DNA from: Bigelowiella natans CCMP2755
Taxonomy: Eukaryota; Protista; Cercozoa
Length of the DNA stretch: 53,959 nt
Reading direction: 5' to 3'
Assembly (NCBI GenBank): GCA_000320545.1
Contig: ADNK01001585.1
Location: 1-53,959 of the forward strand
The position numbers and the translations under genes are program-made. Below the pieces are notes generated by a model. The model was not told the DNA's origin, made no database searches, and saw only the letters and a list, made by a program, of their open reading frames with translations. Shown one piece after another: positions 26,954 through 39,974 of this stretch (its first letter is position 1; every line of letters starts with the position of its first letter).

Positions 26954-29900
26954 ATGGCGCTCTTACCAAAGGTGGGATCAATTTGATGTGATTGTGTGGA
27001 TGCATATGTTTTTGTGCAATAATTTTGAGGAAAAGGTTTAAGCAGATAGTATTTTGATATTCTGTTGTGATGTGTGAATCTGCTTCGGCGGTGAATTTGT
27101 CCTGCTGGTTCAACACTAGTAGATTTCGACATAGCTTTATCTCATTGATTCCTAATACTTGAGAACGATGATAAATACAAAAGGGGATATATGATGACTT
27201 GAAGCAGCTACAGCAAAACGAACAATACATCAATGCTATCAAAGAACCGAAGGTGCAACGAGTCAACGAAGTTTAATTACTAACCATGGCCATTGTTATC
27301 AATAATTTCAGTCAAATCCAGCACCATCCATTAATGCCCCTGCTTGTAATAATACTTGATGGCGCCCTACAGATCGAAGTCAAGATGTGGGAAGATGCGC
27401 CTCGTTATTCGAAGTTGGAATCCCTGCAGAAGTATTTAGAAGAAAAGCGTCAGTTGGATTTCACCACCGTTTTTCACAAACCAACTGGGTTATGTCTTCG
27501 TTGACTGTTCATTTCAAGTGACAATATTTTAACATGAGCGAATATACTGCACCCCAGGTTCTACATGCTCAGATGCTTCTTGATAGCAAACTACGCTGTT
27601 GATAAAGTGCTTCTCTTTTAAATTGGTTGGTTAGTTGTTCTCAGCTAAATTGATAAATTTTGATGATAAGGCAATTTTTCTTTCGGATGTGGAGAAGTTT
27701 CGAAAAGTACGATTCGAGAGTGCTAGGAGGTGGAATGAAGCGCTTGACGTAACTCCCCCCCATGAAATTATCATGACTAATTCTAACTAGGCGTGTTGGA
27801 CGGGCAATTTATGAAAGATTCGTAAATGATGACTCAAAGTACTACAATGAAAGACTGTTGCAGAGTAGTATATATCATACTAAAGACGTTAAACTCTAAA
27901 TATGTCATATGTAATAAGGTACATCTTCCCGCAAGGGTCTAGCGTGTTCGATATTTTGAGCAGAATTGAGGACATTGAACAATTTCGGTAGCTAAGAAAA
28001 TATAGTATACAAGTCCTATTTAACCACAACATTCGTGCAGAATATGTGAAGGCAAGAAAGTTAGCAGAAAACCTGACACTGAAGATCTGGTGGGATCAAA
28101 TTTGTGTACCTGTGAGAAAATATTCAAGAAAGTTTGTTTCAGGGAAATTCATTATCCTATGGACTTATGAATAGCATTGGAGTCTTCGGTAAGAAATATT
28201 TTGATATTTTACTCGGGAAGCAAATTAAGATACCATTGTTGTCAAGGTGATTCTGTTGAGAAAGTTAAAGAAGCAGTCAACAATAATTGGTATGAAGCCA
28301 CAACCTTTGATGAGGTATTATTGAAGAATCAAACTATATTGTATTATGATTCTCACCATAACTACATGGGTAATTGTTAAGGTTTCCGAGGAAGTAAGAA
28401 AAGTGCTAAAGTTGGGGATGTTTCCTCGATTTAAGCGATCTGAATTCTACAAAAAGTTTTAGAACACAAAAAAAAATTAGAAATTTTCCCAACTAATGTT
28501 CTTTTGTCTAGGTACATCAGATGCTGCGCAGTCACAAGAGTCCCGACTGAGCCCGAGACAAAATGTATACACCACGTTTTCTTATGCACTTGCAACATTC
28601 TCGATAATCAGTATTTTAGTTGCAAAAGCGCGGGTAAGACTGGAAGATTTTGAGATGTTTCGAACTCTTGGGAGGGGTGGATTTGGCTCTGTGAAAGCCT
28701 GTAGGAAAAAGAACTCTGGATTTATGTATGCAATGAAGATAATTGATAAGAAAAGGGTAGTGTATGATATCATTCTCTGCCTTAGCAAAGGCGTATGATT
28801 TAATTTTCTATATAGGCAAAGATCAAGGGAGCAATCAATAACATCATCGCAGAAAGGAACGTACTCGTCCTGATAAACAACAGCCATTTCATTACAAATC
28901 TGAAATATACGCTCCAAGACGACACAAGCTTATACTTCATAATGGATTTGATGCTTGGAGGTTTTTATAAATAATTGGCATCAATATTTCCACTTTAATC
29001 TCTATTTACTAGGTGATCTCAAATTTCATCTGAGGCAAGTTGGTTATTTTGACAAAGAAAGGTAATTCGATCATATTTTCGGGACTCTGTAACCATCATG
29101 TGTGCACGTGTCTGAGTGTACGCGTGCGTGAGTGTGTGTTTGTATACTGTATACATGTATGAATTGACTAAATGTATCCTTTCTTATTAGGGCCAAGTTC
29201 TACGCTGCTCAGGTTACCTGATACATACCCTATTCTCACAGCCATAACTGTATATTTTCATATTTTCATAGGTTTTACTGGGTCTTGAGCATATTCACAG
29301 TTTCGGTGTGATATACAGAGACCTCAAGCTAGAAAATGGTGACAATGTTCCGGATATATTCGCAATATCATTGATATGTCGTTACAGTCTTGATAGATCA
29401 ACATGGAAATGCACGTCTTGCGGATATGGGACTAGCACTGCGAACGAATTCACCAATCCGTGGATATGCTGGAACACCTGGGTACAAAAATTCTGATATT
29501 AGTTAATGAGATCAAGAAATTAAAATTCAAATATATTGATTGTTTGTTTTGGAAATACAGATATATGGCCCCCGAAATGCTTATTGGGAGGAAATACACA
29601 AACACTGTAGATATTTTTAGTTTTGGAGTACTACTGTTTCGAATGATTTGTGGTTCCAAGCCATTCAAAGGGTACTTAGTTTATAATTTACGAAAATACG
29701 TAAGGTGATTTTATTGCTCCATAATTCATTATCTTCTCAATAGGGGTTCGGAGAAGACTTTGAACGAAGCTGTGAAGTGAATTATTATTTGATTCGATGA
29801 TCCGCATAATCTTATTTGTTGTCTATGCGCAAGGTGCTACATCGTTCGCCTAGATTTGTTCAGAATTTCTTCGGAAAGGATTCAAAGCATCTTTTGCGGG

Positions 29901-30842
29901 TATCCATGTATTTTAGATTCCGCTTGATTCGTTTAACCTATGAGCGTGGGCAGGCTCTATTAGCGAAGGATCCTGCTGTACGCATAGGTTGTGGAGGAGT
30001 GGAGGGAGTAAGAAAGGTGTTTGATAAGTACAGCAACCGTTCCCAGGAAAACTGAATAAAATTTAATAGAACCTTGGAAGCAAGATGTTGAAACAACCTA
30101 TTAAAGATCATCCATATTTCGACAGGTATCGGAAACACATTGAGTTATCAATATTATCAATCCATAAAGAACAAACTATAATGCTAATTATATCAAACTA
30201 CATTTGATGCTTTTGGTGTGTCTTCTTGGCAGTGTCGATTGGGGACTACTGGAAGAGGGGTGAAATCCAAGTTGAATACAGCGACATTGGTTATATCTAA
30301 ACGATTAAAACGCTTTAGGTACATTGATGCCCCATTTGTTCCCGACATTCGTATCCATGCTCCGTCAGCGAGCCACATTGGAGATTTCAACAAGAACGAC
30401 ACTAAGGGGGTTAAATTAGGTAACTATACTCCAGTCCTAAATTCTCTGGTATGAAAGGTTTAATGTAATCAATTCCTGTATTAGACCATAGAGATCAACA
30501 GAAATTCGCAGAATTTAATTACATCAACGAACGAGGCCTTGAAGATGAATTGAAAATGGTAGTACGAATTTGGTTTTTAGGAAATGGTTCAAAAACAGAG
30601 TATAAAAATTCAGGTTCTCGCAAAATATGATGAAAATGCAAATTTTGAGAAGTATGCACTTGATCCCAGGTTTTAAAATTGAATGGTTTGTTAATCGTTT
30701 TAAAACTTTTCTTGAATGATTAATTTATGGACAGTTAGTTCATTTATATTTGTTGATTTTAATCAGCCGGTTAACTGAGTTTTCAACATCGCGAAGACTT
30801 ACAATTAGAGACGCTCAGAAAATGTGCTGCAAGATGGCATGA
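26954..30842 (+). CDS. GRK: G protein-coupled receptor kinase (GRK)-like AGC kinase with N-terminal RGS-homology domain
   Basis: RH domain start LQKYLEEKRQLDFTTVFHKPTG|FYMLRCFL. Kinase motifs: LGRGGFGSVKACRKKNSGFMYAMK, MDLMLG|GDLKFHL, IYRDLKLEN, ARLADMGLA, YAGTPG|YMAPE and YIDAPFVP. The protein ends …QKMCCKMA*. There are roughly 25 small GT-AG introns. The first exon (MALLPK) is inferred. Confidence 0.92.
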
Positions 30843-31099
30843 CCTTAGCTTATATCATATTTAATGCATACCAATTGTGTAGTTGTGTACAATGACAGCA
30901 ACTGGGTATATCCCCAAAACATAAAAGTCTAGAAATGTCCATAAAATAAACTAAGTCTAGAAGTGCTATGCTGAATAATTGTGAATAAAGTATTGAAGCT
31001 CATCATATTTTTTCGTCGCCACGCCGTTTAGCCGTATGAGCATCCAATTGACATCTCTATGTCTTGCAATAAACATCTTCAACGTAACTCTTTTGTGAA

Positions 31100-31650
31100 G
31101 CTCTGATACTAGAACAGTCTAGAGTTAGAAACATAGCGATGTGCAAACTGACACTAAATGCCTAGATAGCTAGCTAGCTAGCTAGCAAGATGTGCTGGTG
31201 GACACAAGACCATCTAGACTGTAGATGACTGCGCACGCTTGTCTCTAGCTAGCTAGCTAGCATCTAAACATCCAACATCCAGACATGCAGTTTTAGCGTC
31301 AACTAGTCAATTTAGCAATGCTAGAATGCGCCATGCTAGCATGATTTGCACAACACTAATGGACTAGAACAGCTTGACAGCTAGACAAGCGGATTCATCG
31401 TTGTTGAATTGCATCTCACATGAGGACATTTCACACGCCTAGCTAGCTAGACGTCTAGATGTTCTCTAGCTAGCTGGTCAAGTGGAGCTCATAAAATTTG
31501 CAGTAACTCAACATCAGCGTTGCATCAAGGTAGACGGCTTGACATTCAGCGCGCAACAGATTTCATGCGCTAGTGCGGCAAATTGACACAATCTAATAGT
31601 ACCCCCAACAGCTGCACATAGCGACACGATTTGAACACTAGAATCTAGAG
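31100..31650. other. TpA-depleted / CTAG-rich island 4 between convergent gene ends
   Basis: About 21 CTAG in 31160-31475 by manual count, including (CTAG)3-4 runs. Confidence 0.8.
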
Positions 31651-31990
31651 AATGAGATGGACGGTCGCACTCATTCTCATCTTTATCTAGTGATTAGAGC
31701 TATTTGAATAGGTCCACTATGTGAATCGGCTACTTCCTGGTTTGTGTCTTATCAAAAAAGATTTCACTTCGCTCCAATGATCCTAATAGAGTAAGAGGCC
31801 ATTTATAGGTCGGCGGATTCGGTAGGAACGCCATTGCATAAAATGCAACATGTCAAGGTGTTTCCATAAATAGGCGCAAACAACACAAACACCTATCAGC
31901 ATGTGCATTACGTGCAAATATAACAATTGATCCACCGTTAATACAAAACCGAATAAACCAAGTTAGCGATTGAATATCCTCCGTTTACTA

Positions 31991-32273
31991 CTACCGCGCA
32001 CCTCTGTTGGGATCTTTGCGCCCTAGCCCCATCGACTCCTCGATTGACGGACTTCGTGGAATGATGCCCGACGGATTCAGGGGGAACAAATTGGTAAAGT
32101 ATGAAGACTTTGCTCGTTCTGAAAACGCATAGATTTAGCGACTGGATGCAGTAGACTACATTTTAACGAGAAAAAGAAAAAAAAAAAAGGAAGGAGGGGG
32201 GGGAGAGAGAAAGAGAGGGAAAGAGAGAGAAAGAGGGAGAAAGAGAGAGAAAGAGAGAGAAAGAGAGAGAAAG

Positions 32274-32334
<61 letters not shown>

Positions 32335-33570
32335 AAGAGAGAACAGAAAAAAAAATCGGTAATAAATATCTTGATGTTTGATATTCTTATTAATCGCATC
32401 ATTTAGCTAGTCAACCAAGGTCTAGCGTCTCTTTAACGCCAGGAATCATGTACATGTCCTGCAACCAGCCCTAGCAACAAGCATCGAACGAACATCCACT
32501 GGTAAGAGGAAGAATAATATAGACGGCAGTGGTGGTGGCGGTGTCGATTGAAAAGGAGGATGAAAATAGTAATGAAAGCTAATATATGTGTTTCCACAGG
32601 TGCCTACGTATTCATATGTATATTGAAAATAAAATGAGAAAGTATCTTTTTCCAGCTATTCTGTTTTCCTGGTCCTTGCCCCCCCCCCTTTTATTATTTT
32701 TGTTTACGATAGACGCCAGCATCCACCTTGAGATTGGGAAGGTTTTCTATCCTTCGGTTTGTGCATTTAAAGAAAGGGAAATACACAGAGTCGAATCTCG
32801 CCACGGTCGGCAGAAGACGCAGATCGCTCTCTGTTATCTACGCAACACCCATCGTCGTTCTGTCACTATCTCAATTTTGAAGAACATAATCTACACTATT
32901 TCATCGGTTCCACACTTTATATTTTACAATCGTCACATACGACTAGGAGTTTGTGGTTGCAGCAGCCTTTTCGACTTTAGACCTGGTTGATATAAGACTC
33001 TCGCTTGTAAGGGGGGGGAAGGGGAAGGAGTACCTTTTCGCCTAAGAGAAATCGTGATTTGGAAAGCATTCCCTCCACTCGATCCAGGCTCTGCAATGCA
33101 TTGCAAATATCGAAGAAATACGCGCACATCACAGTGAGATGAATGAGTAATTCAATCCTCTCTAATGTAATCCTCTCTCATGTACTCGCACTTTTTGCAT
33201 CTAAAAACCTTCCTTTCCTTCCGCTTTACCGTCTCCTCTAATCTCTCTTCCACTATAATTTCTCGATATTTCTATTTATTATGGTGTCGTACTTATAATT
33301 ATATTTGACCTATGTACTATTCCGGTGGTAATTCCTCACTCCCAAGTACGTTTACCTTTGTAACATCGTCCATAGCTCGATCATATGCGGATTGACTTGT
33401 AGCGAATCCGCATCGATAAACCTTTTCGTGGCATCATAATCATAACCATCATCATCATCATCATCACCTTTATATCATTATTCAGCTGCTACTAGTGGCC
33501 AGCATCGATTTTACTGCAGTTTATAGTTATTCATCAACACTGTGTTAGCATGCAAATACACACACACACA

Positions 33571-33611
<41 letters not shown>

Positions 33612-34417
33612 TGAGGGAGATGACCCCGTTGTTGATTCCTGAGTATATCCACCTGTTTGCCTACATATCATTCACACGTAAGACACCCTGAGTCTACCCT
33701 AAAAAGGGGGCGAGGGGGAGCGCTGTGTACAGCAAAGGGCTATCGAAAGAACTGCATTGGAAGCCATGCTGACGGGAGGGGGGGAGGGGGCTCTTTTCCT
33801 CTAAATCATGCTTTTACATTCACCGCGTCTATATCAGCCTGAAGATGCGGAGGATAAAGATCTACATTAAAACTGTTTTTGCTATCATCGTTTCGGTGTT
33901 CCTGCCCAGCTGTGGACTCCTCGAAATCTACTTCGTTGAGCATGCGAACAAGATCCTGAGAATGAAAAGCAGAAGGTGTGTTTAGGCAGAGCTGTGTTTT
34001 TACACGCAATGAAAGACTCTCTGAAGGGGGGGGGTTGGGCCATACGACGCATAGTCCTGTACAGTTCATCAATTTATAAATCAAACAGTCGTATCGGTGA
34101 GAGATCCTCTCTTCAGCCGTTTTCGTGTTTCCCTCCTCACTTCTCTCCTCTCCTCCTCCCCCGTCAATAATTCTCATTGTGCTCTACTAGTCCACTTAAG
34201 CACCTCGCTCTCGTTTGACACAATGGTTCCAGTCTCCTTATCTATGCAGAAATCATTGAAAGCAGGGGGGTTTGGTGGTATTTCGTACATAATTGGTTTG
34301 TGGGAGCGATGCTAGCGAGATGTCGCTTTCTGCTGCCCCCCCCCCTCCCCACCTCCTCTCCCTCCCTCCGATTTGTGGAGGAGTATACTTTTGCAAATCG
34401 CCAATGCTTGATATCAT

Positions 34418-34453
<36 letters not shown>

Positions 34454-34964
34454 ATCAAAGCACTCGCTTCGGTTTGGGCGGTGTATTTATCTCTGTAGAG
34501 GCAAGAACCGATAAGTAAAGGAGCTGTGCATCGGCCCGTATACCCAGGAGAACATCTCTACAAAAACAGCAGAGTGTTGTTTGTAGTAGTTAAAAGCCTT
34601 TTCTTTGTCATTTTCCTAAACCACTCTTCCCTCCCCTATCCCTCCCCCCCCCCACACATCATGCACTGCATGCTACTAATGGCACTAAATGATGCAGCTG
34701 CCTTGAGTGCGGCATGGCTCGCAACCAAAGCGTGGGCATGATGAAAGCACTCCGCGAACGAAGGATATTTTTAATGATATTGGACGATGGTAAAAGCCCA
34801 GCTGCGCGCGCATGCGCAAATGGCCGCCTACTACCTCATACAATGCCCTTAAATCGTATGATCCGAAAAGCGGATCTTTCTGGTCGTCCCTTTCAGTGCC
34901 AAAGACCCATCCTCCCCGAGACGCCTATTTATTGGCGACAGACATGCGAAAAACTGTAATCAGC

Positions 34965-35008
<44 letters not shown>

Positions 35009-35099
35009 AATATTGATAATGTTTATTATTATTGTAGCCCTTTCTGCTGAATAATACGGTGCAGCCAGTTGATTAACACATCACCCCCCCCTCCCCCCA

Positions 35100-35138
<39 letters not shown>

Positions 35139-35245
35139 TACATTTATATGTATTATATTCCTAATCACAGGACCTTTGTGGGGTCGTCTACAAGTTCGGT
35201 ATGAGGGAGTTGCGCCATCGATATGTTTCTGAGTAGTGTAGATGA

Positions 35246-35278
<33 letters not shown>

Positions 35279-35340
35279 GGTATATGGGGGGGGAACCAGA
35301 AGCCCCGTCATTATGAAAAACGATTTATATAATTTTAATC

Positions 35341-35380
<40 letters not shown>

Positions 35381-36815
35381 ATTCATCTTGACGATTAGAA
35401 CAACAACGCCGATTATCTTTCAATGAGACCTCAATTCAAGTAGACTAGTAGCCAAGTGGAGACACCAGCTTCTTTCTCATATCTGTTACTACAACCCTGC
35501 CCTCCCCCCACCCCCCCCCCCCTCCCACACACCGCAGTAAGCCCTTACCGAAAGACTTTAGCAAGGAGAACTCGATGGCACCATGGGCATGCATTCCCAA
35601 CATACCTTCATATATACCATTCGGTTAGTTGCGGCGAGGTTGGTACTTTACGCGACAGATGATAGTACTTAAAAAGCTTAAACAGCATGTGCATTGGCGG
35701 CTGTCCTTGAATGTGTCATCATAACTATATCCATAGGCGAGATCGTAGTAGTAGGGATAACAGTGCAAATTACAGTTGATATCTGCCAGGAACTGCTGGA
35801 TGCTCAGAAGTCCCCAGCTTTCCTTGGAACCCATAAGTAGGCCTGTAGAGGATTATTTGTCTTTTGACTCGAGGAGGCTAGTCTTCATATTACAACACGA
35901 TTCGACGATTCACATCCACACCCCGTGCGGTGCAAACGGCAAGAACGAATATACCTGACATAGTCCCCTGACTTTGATTGCTGCGAACATATGAGTACAA
36001 GAATCTTTGTTAATTACAGTAAGATGGTGAAGGAGAAAGGGGGTTAAGATAGTTGTGGCAGCAGCGCTCATATAGCTACAGTTGCAGCTTCTTATATCCA
36101 CAATTACCGGAGCCAACTCGCTGACCATAATCTTCCACGCCTCTCTCCAACCTTTCGTCGGGAGGATTAGTTATCAATAGAGTAAGTATCTTCGAGGGTG
36201 TACACAACGGTTCTTATCTATGCCTCATTCTTCCCAATTGCCCATTTCTTCTTCATTCGATTATCCTCGTTTTTCCATACTCATTGTCATACATGCCATA
36301 TTTTTTCCTTTCTTTCAGCTACACAGGACAGGGGGGAAGGGGGGAGGGGGGCAAGTAGAGAGGAGAATACTGACTTCGACTCCTGACCTGTTTTGGCTGT
36401 CTGGACGAGGAGAGGCTGAGGCAATAGGCCCTTTGATAATAACAATAGTCCACATTATCGATACTCACTGCACAACAAGAAACCATCGAGTGAGCAGTTT
36501 TTGTTAAACTACCCCTCTTCCAGCCCACTCCAAAATCCGAAGTCCTCCATTGTCACCGCTGGTGGGGGTGTTGCTTTTCGGCGGTGATGAAAACACGGCG
36601 CAGAGGGGACGCGATGGGACACGCCTCTGTGCCCATCCTCGCCGAACGCTGCCGAGTTTAATATGTGAGCCCCTGCGTGGGAGGAAATCAGGATTGCATG
36701 CAATACATGCTTCTTGGAAAATCAACCTTCGAAGAATCGAGGGAGAGTACGTTGTAGCGGATATGATGAAAGCGACAATGGCTAGGAACACCATGGCCAT
36801 CGTCGTAGTCCTCAT
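31991..36815 (-). CDS. Glutathionyl-hydroquinone reductase (Xi-class GST, YqjG/ECM4 family) with bipartite plastid-type leader
   Basis: Exons read GLLPQPLLVQTAKT|GWREAWKIMVSELAP, GNACPWCHRVLL, ASRGGWVF, GYTGRCTAPLLI, SQDLVRMLN, VYRCGFATSQSAYD, TESDLRLLPTVARFDSVY and YFTNLFPLNPSGIIP. The N-terminus is a hydrophobic signal followed by an Arg/Ser-rich transit-like stretch. Confidence 0.9.
32203..32341. repeat. Purine tract, (AAGAGAGAGA)n grading into (AG)n, intronic
   Basis: Read directly. Confidence 0.9.
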
Positions 36816-37364
36816 CGAAACGGGAAAGGCCTCCCGACGACCGACGTGCTTCCGGGGAGGAGACGATCCACTTTCAAATTAATCCCAAGGTGTGATATTT
36901 GTGGAAATTAATTATCCATTCCATACTATAAAATTGAACCTAAACTTGTCGCAAATAAATACTATGTCTCCTTTTCAGAATCTCAATTTACGAAATTATG
37001 CCTCGTACTTTGAATAAATAACTTGCAGTTAGTATCGGCCGTATCCCGTCGAACTTTCTGAATCCAATAAATAAGGGTGAAATATATAAAGCGACAACCT
37101 ATTTTCACGGGGCAAGAACTAAAAGCAGGTTCCATTTTTTTTTAAATGTTTTCGGATGTGCTTCGCTTCGAGCTCGCTCGTGGAATTGAGGGGGAGGTAG
37201 CGAGATTTGGAATCAGTAAAAACATGATAATTAAGTATAGCGACAACAAAAACTAACCGATTCTATGAAATAATGGCCTTTGTCGCTGTCGTCACGACTT
37301 CATTTTGCCTCCCCTTCCACTCTTTCTCAATAAGTAGCAGCGACGTGTTAGGCGCGTTCCATTA

Positions 37365-39905
37365 ATGGACCCTATCGAAGAATGGGACTTCGATCTGGAT
37401 GCAATCAGGTATTCTGCGTCCGTATCATCGATATACAGTAGAGTTTTGTTGCTTATTTTGTCGAGAAATGACAGGCATGGCAGGTCCATAATCGAGGAGA
37501 CGCCGGAATCGCACATGTCGCTTCCAGCGCAAAGTAACATGTTCCTTTAGTCTCTTTCATATACTCACTTTCTATTTGCGTATCATATTGTTTGTGGTTC
37601 TATCTCTTTCTCTCTTTCTCGCTCTGTCTATCTATCTGTCTCTGTGTGATGGTGGGTGTGTGTGTGTGTGTGCTTGTGTGGTTTTTGCATTTCTACGTGT
37701 ATGGACGCATGCCTTGCTGAACATCGGGTACCGTGTGAAAATGATTTGCAAGTAAGTGGTTGGGCTACTGCTACACGTTGTGGAATATATGCGTTGGAAC
37801 AATAGAGCAATTGGCACTAAGTCTCTTTTTTTACGATTGCCTTCGGAGTCAGGTTTCCTTCACTTCGGGAACAGTTCTAACGAAACCAGCTCGAAAGACG
37901 GCGCTGGCGTAGATTCCAGCTCTCGGAAGAGGGAAAAGGACGGAAGCAGTGGGGCGGCGGGGTGGGGGGTGTCCTCATATTTGTCGAACCCACGGCTGCC
38001 CTCCGGCATGTCCTTACCATCTGCCCTGAGTTCCATGCTTGGGGGAGGAGATAGTAGTAGCGGTGGGGGCGGGGGCAAGAGAAGGAATATCGTTGGAAAC
38101 GGAACCGGGGGGGGCAGCGATGAGTTTATGCTTCAGTCAGATCAGAAACAAGGAGGCAACGCCAACGATAGCAATGGCGAGCAGCTCCAAGAAATACATG
38201 AAGGAGGCAGTTATAATGACGAAGATAATGGGCGCTTTCTAGCGCACTCGGGTGGATATCCTTCTCCACCTGCGCGAGAGCAAAGGGGACAAGAACAACA
38301 GCTTGGCCAGGCGCATTCCAGCAGCATGCCGCAGTAAGTGCACTAATCTCAAGTGAATAATATATCTTTTCATTGTCTTTTAAACTAGCGACGTACGAGA
38401 ATAGTACTTTTTCACGTCATAGAATAATCATCCAAAACAAGGCCATGTTTACGAAGTAGATAACATAAGAATGCAGTATGCATCAAAGGAAGAAAAACTA
38501 ACAACAATACGTTACTCTAGACATCATACAAATTGACTAGCACCATCTTCACCATGCCGACACTCGATGAGGTTTTTCCTCGAGAAGTATTCTTATCGCT
38601 GCAGCAGCCATTCTTTCTCTACACGTTGTCAAGTCCATAATCCTGCGCCACGCCGACTTAACACATCATGATCAGGTACATCTCCGAGACCAAGGCCGTC
38701 ACAAACTCGCCCCACCACCTCGTCGCCCAAGTCAACTTCCAACGCGACATGCTAGCAGAGAGGGACGACCGCATTAATCAACTGAAGCAAAAGCTCAAGA
38801 TCCTCAAGAGAGCCACGAAGCAGCTCGTACAGAACAACAACAACAACTCCTCCCTGTCGGGGTTGGATAAAGGTGCCGGCGCGACGGCCGCACAGAACCG
38901 CGCCCGGGAACAGTTGAAGGCGGAGCTCAAGGCAAGTAAAATGATCGTGATGGCCAAGGACAATCGAATCAGCGAGCTCAAGAAGACCATCGATACGATG
39001 ACAGAGTCTCTGCAGCAAAAGGAAGAGAGCCAGGTGCTGCTGGTGCGCAAGAACATCGAGCTGCAGCAGGACCTCTATCGCGAGAAGCAGTTCATTAAGC
39101 GCTTCGAGCGCACCCGCGCAAAGCTCAATCAGAAGCCGACGGTGAAGAGCTCGCTGTGGACCTCTGCCCTCGACGTGGTGACGGGGGTGGGGGGTGGCAA
39201 TGCCAACCAGAACGACCCTGAGGTGCTCAGGGTGATCGGCAAGCTAAGAGAGAAAAACGTCAGGATGAAGGAGCAGCTTCGGAAGCGCGACGAGACCATC
39301 GGCGAGATCCAACGCCGCTACGAGAAGATGATGGAGCGGAACCGAGGGGATAGGCGAGCCATGATGGAGATGGAGCAGACGATGAAGGAGCTCGAGTCGA
39401 AGTGCAGCGCCGTCGCCAACTCGAGTGCGGCGCAGCTCGCCGAGATGCAGCAGAAGCACACGAACGAGATCGAGCTCATGCGCCAGGAGCATGTGCGGAT
39501 CAAGGCCCGCCACGAGGAAGACACCAACGACCTCGCAAACGAGTACAAAGACGAGATCGATCAGTGGAAGGAGCGCCTACAAAAGCAGAAACACCAAGCC
39601 TTCGCCTCCCAGCGGCGCTTGGCGGCCGCCTTCCAGGTGGAGAAGGACGACCTGAATGCGAAGGTGGAGAAGGCGAACAACGAAGCTGTTTCTACAAAGC
39701 AGATGCTCGAGACGCTCAAGGAGGGGTTCCAAACGCAGAGGACCAACGACGAGGCCAAGCTGGTGGTGAAGGAGAAGAACATCAGCAGGCTGCAGGGGGA
39801 GCTGGAGACCGTCTCGAGCGATCTCGACGTCGAGAGGAAGAAGACAGCTCGGCTGGAGGGAGATGTCAAGAGCATAAAGAACAATGTAGAGCTGCACCGT
39901 CGTCA

Positions 39906-39974
<69 letters not shown>

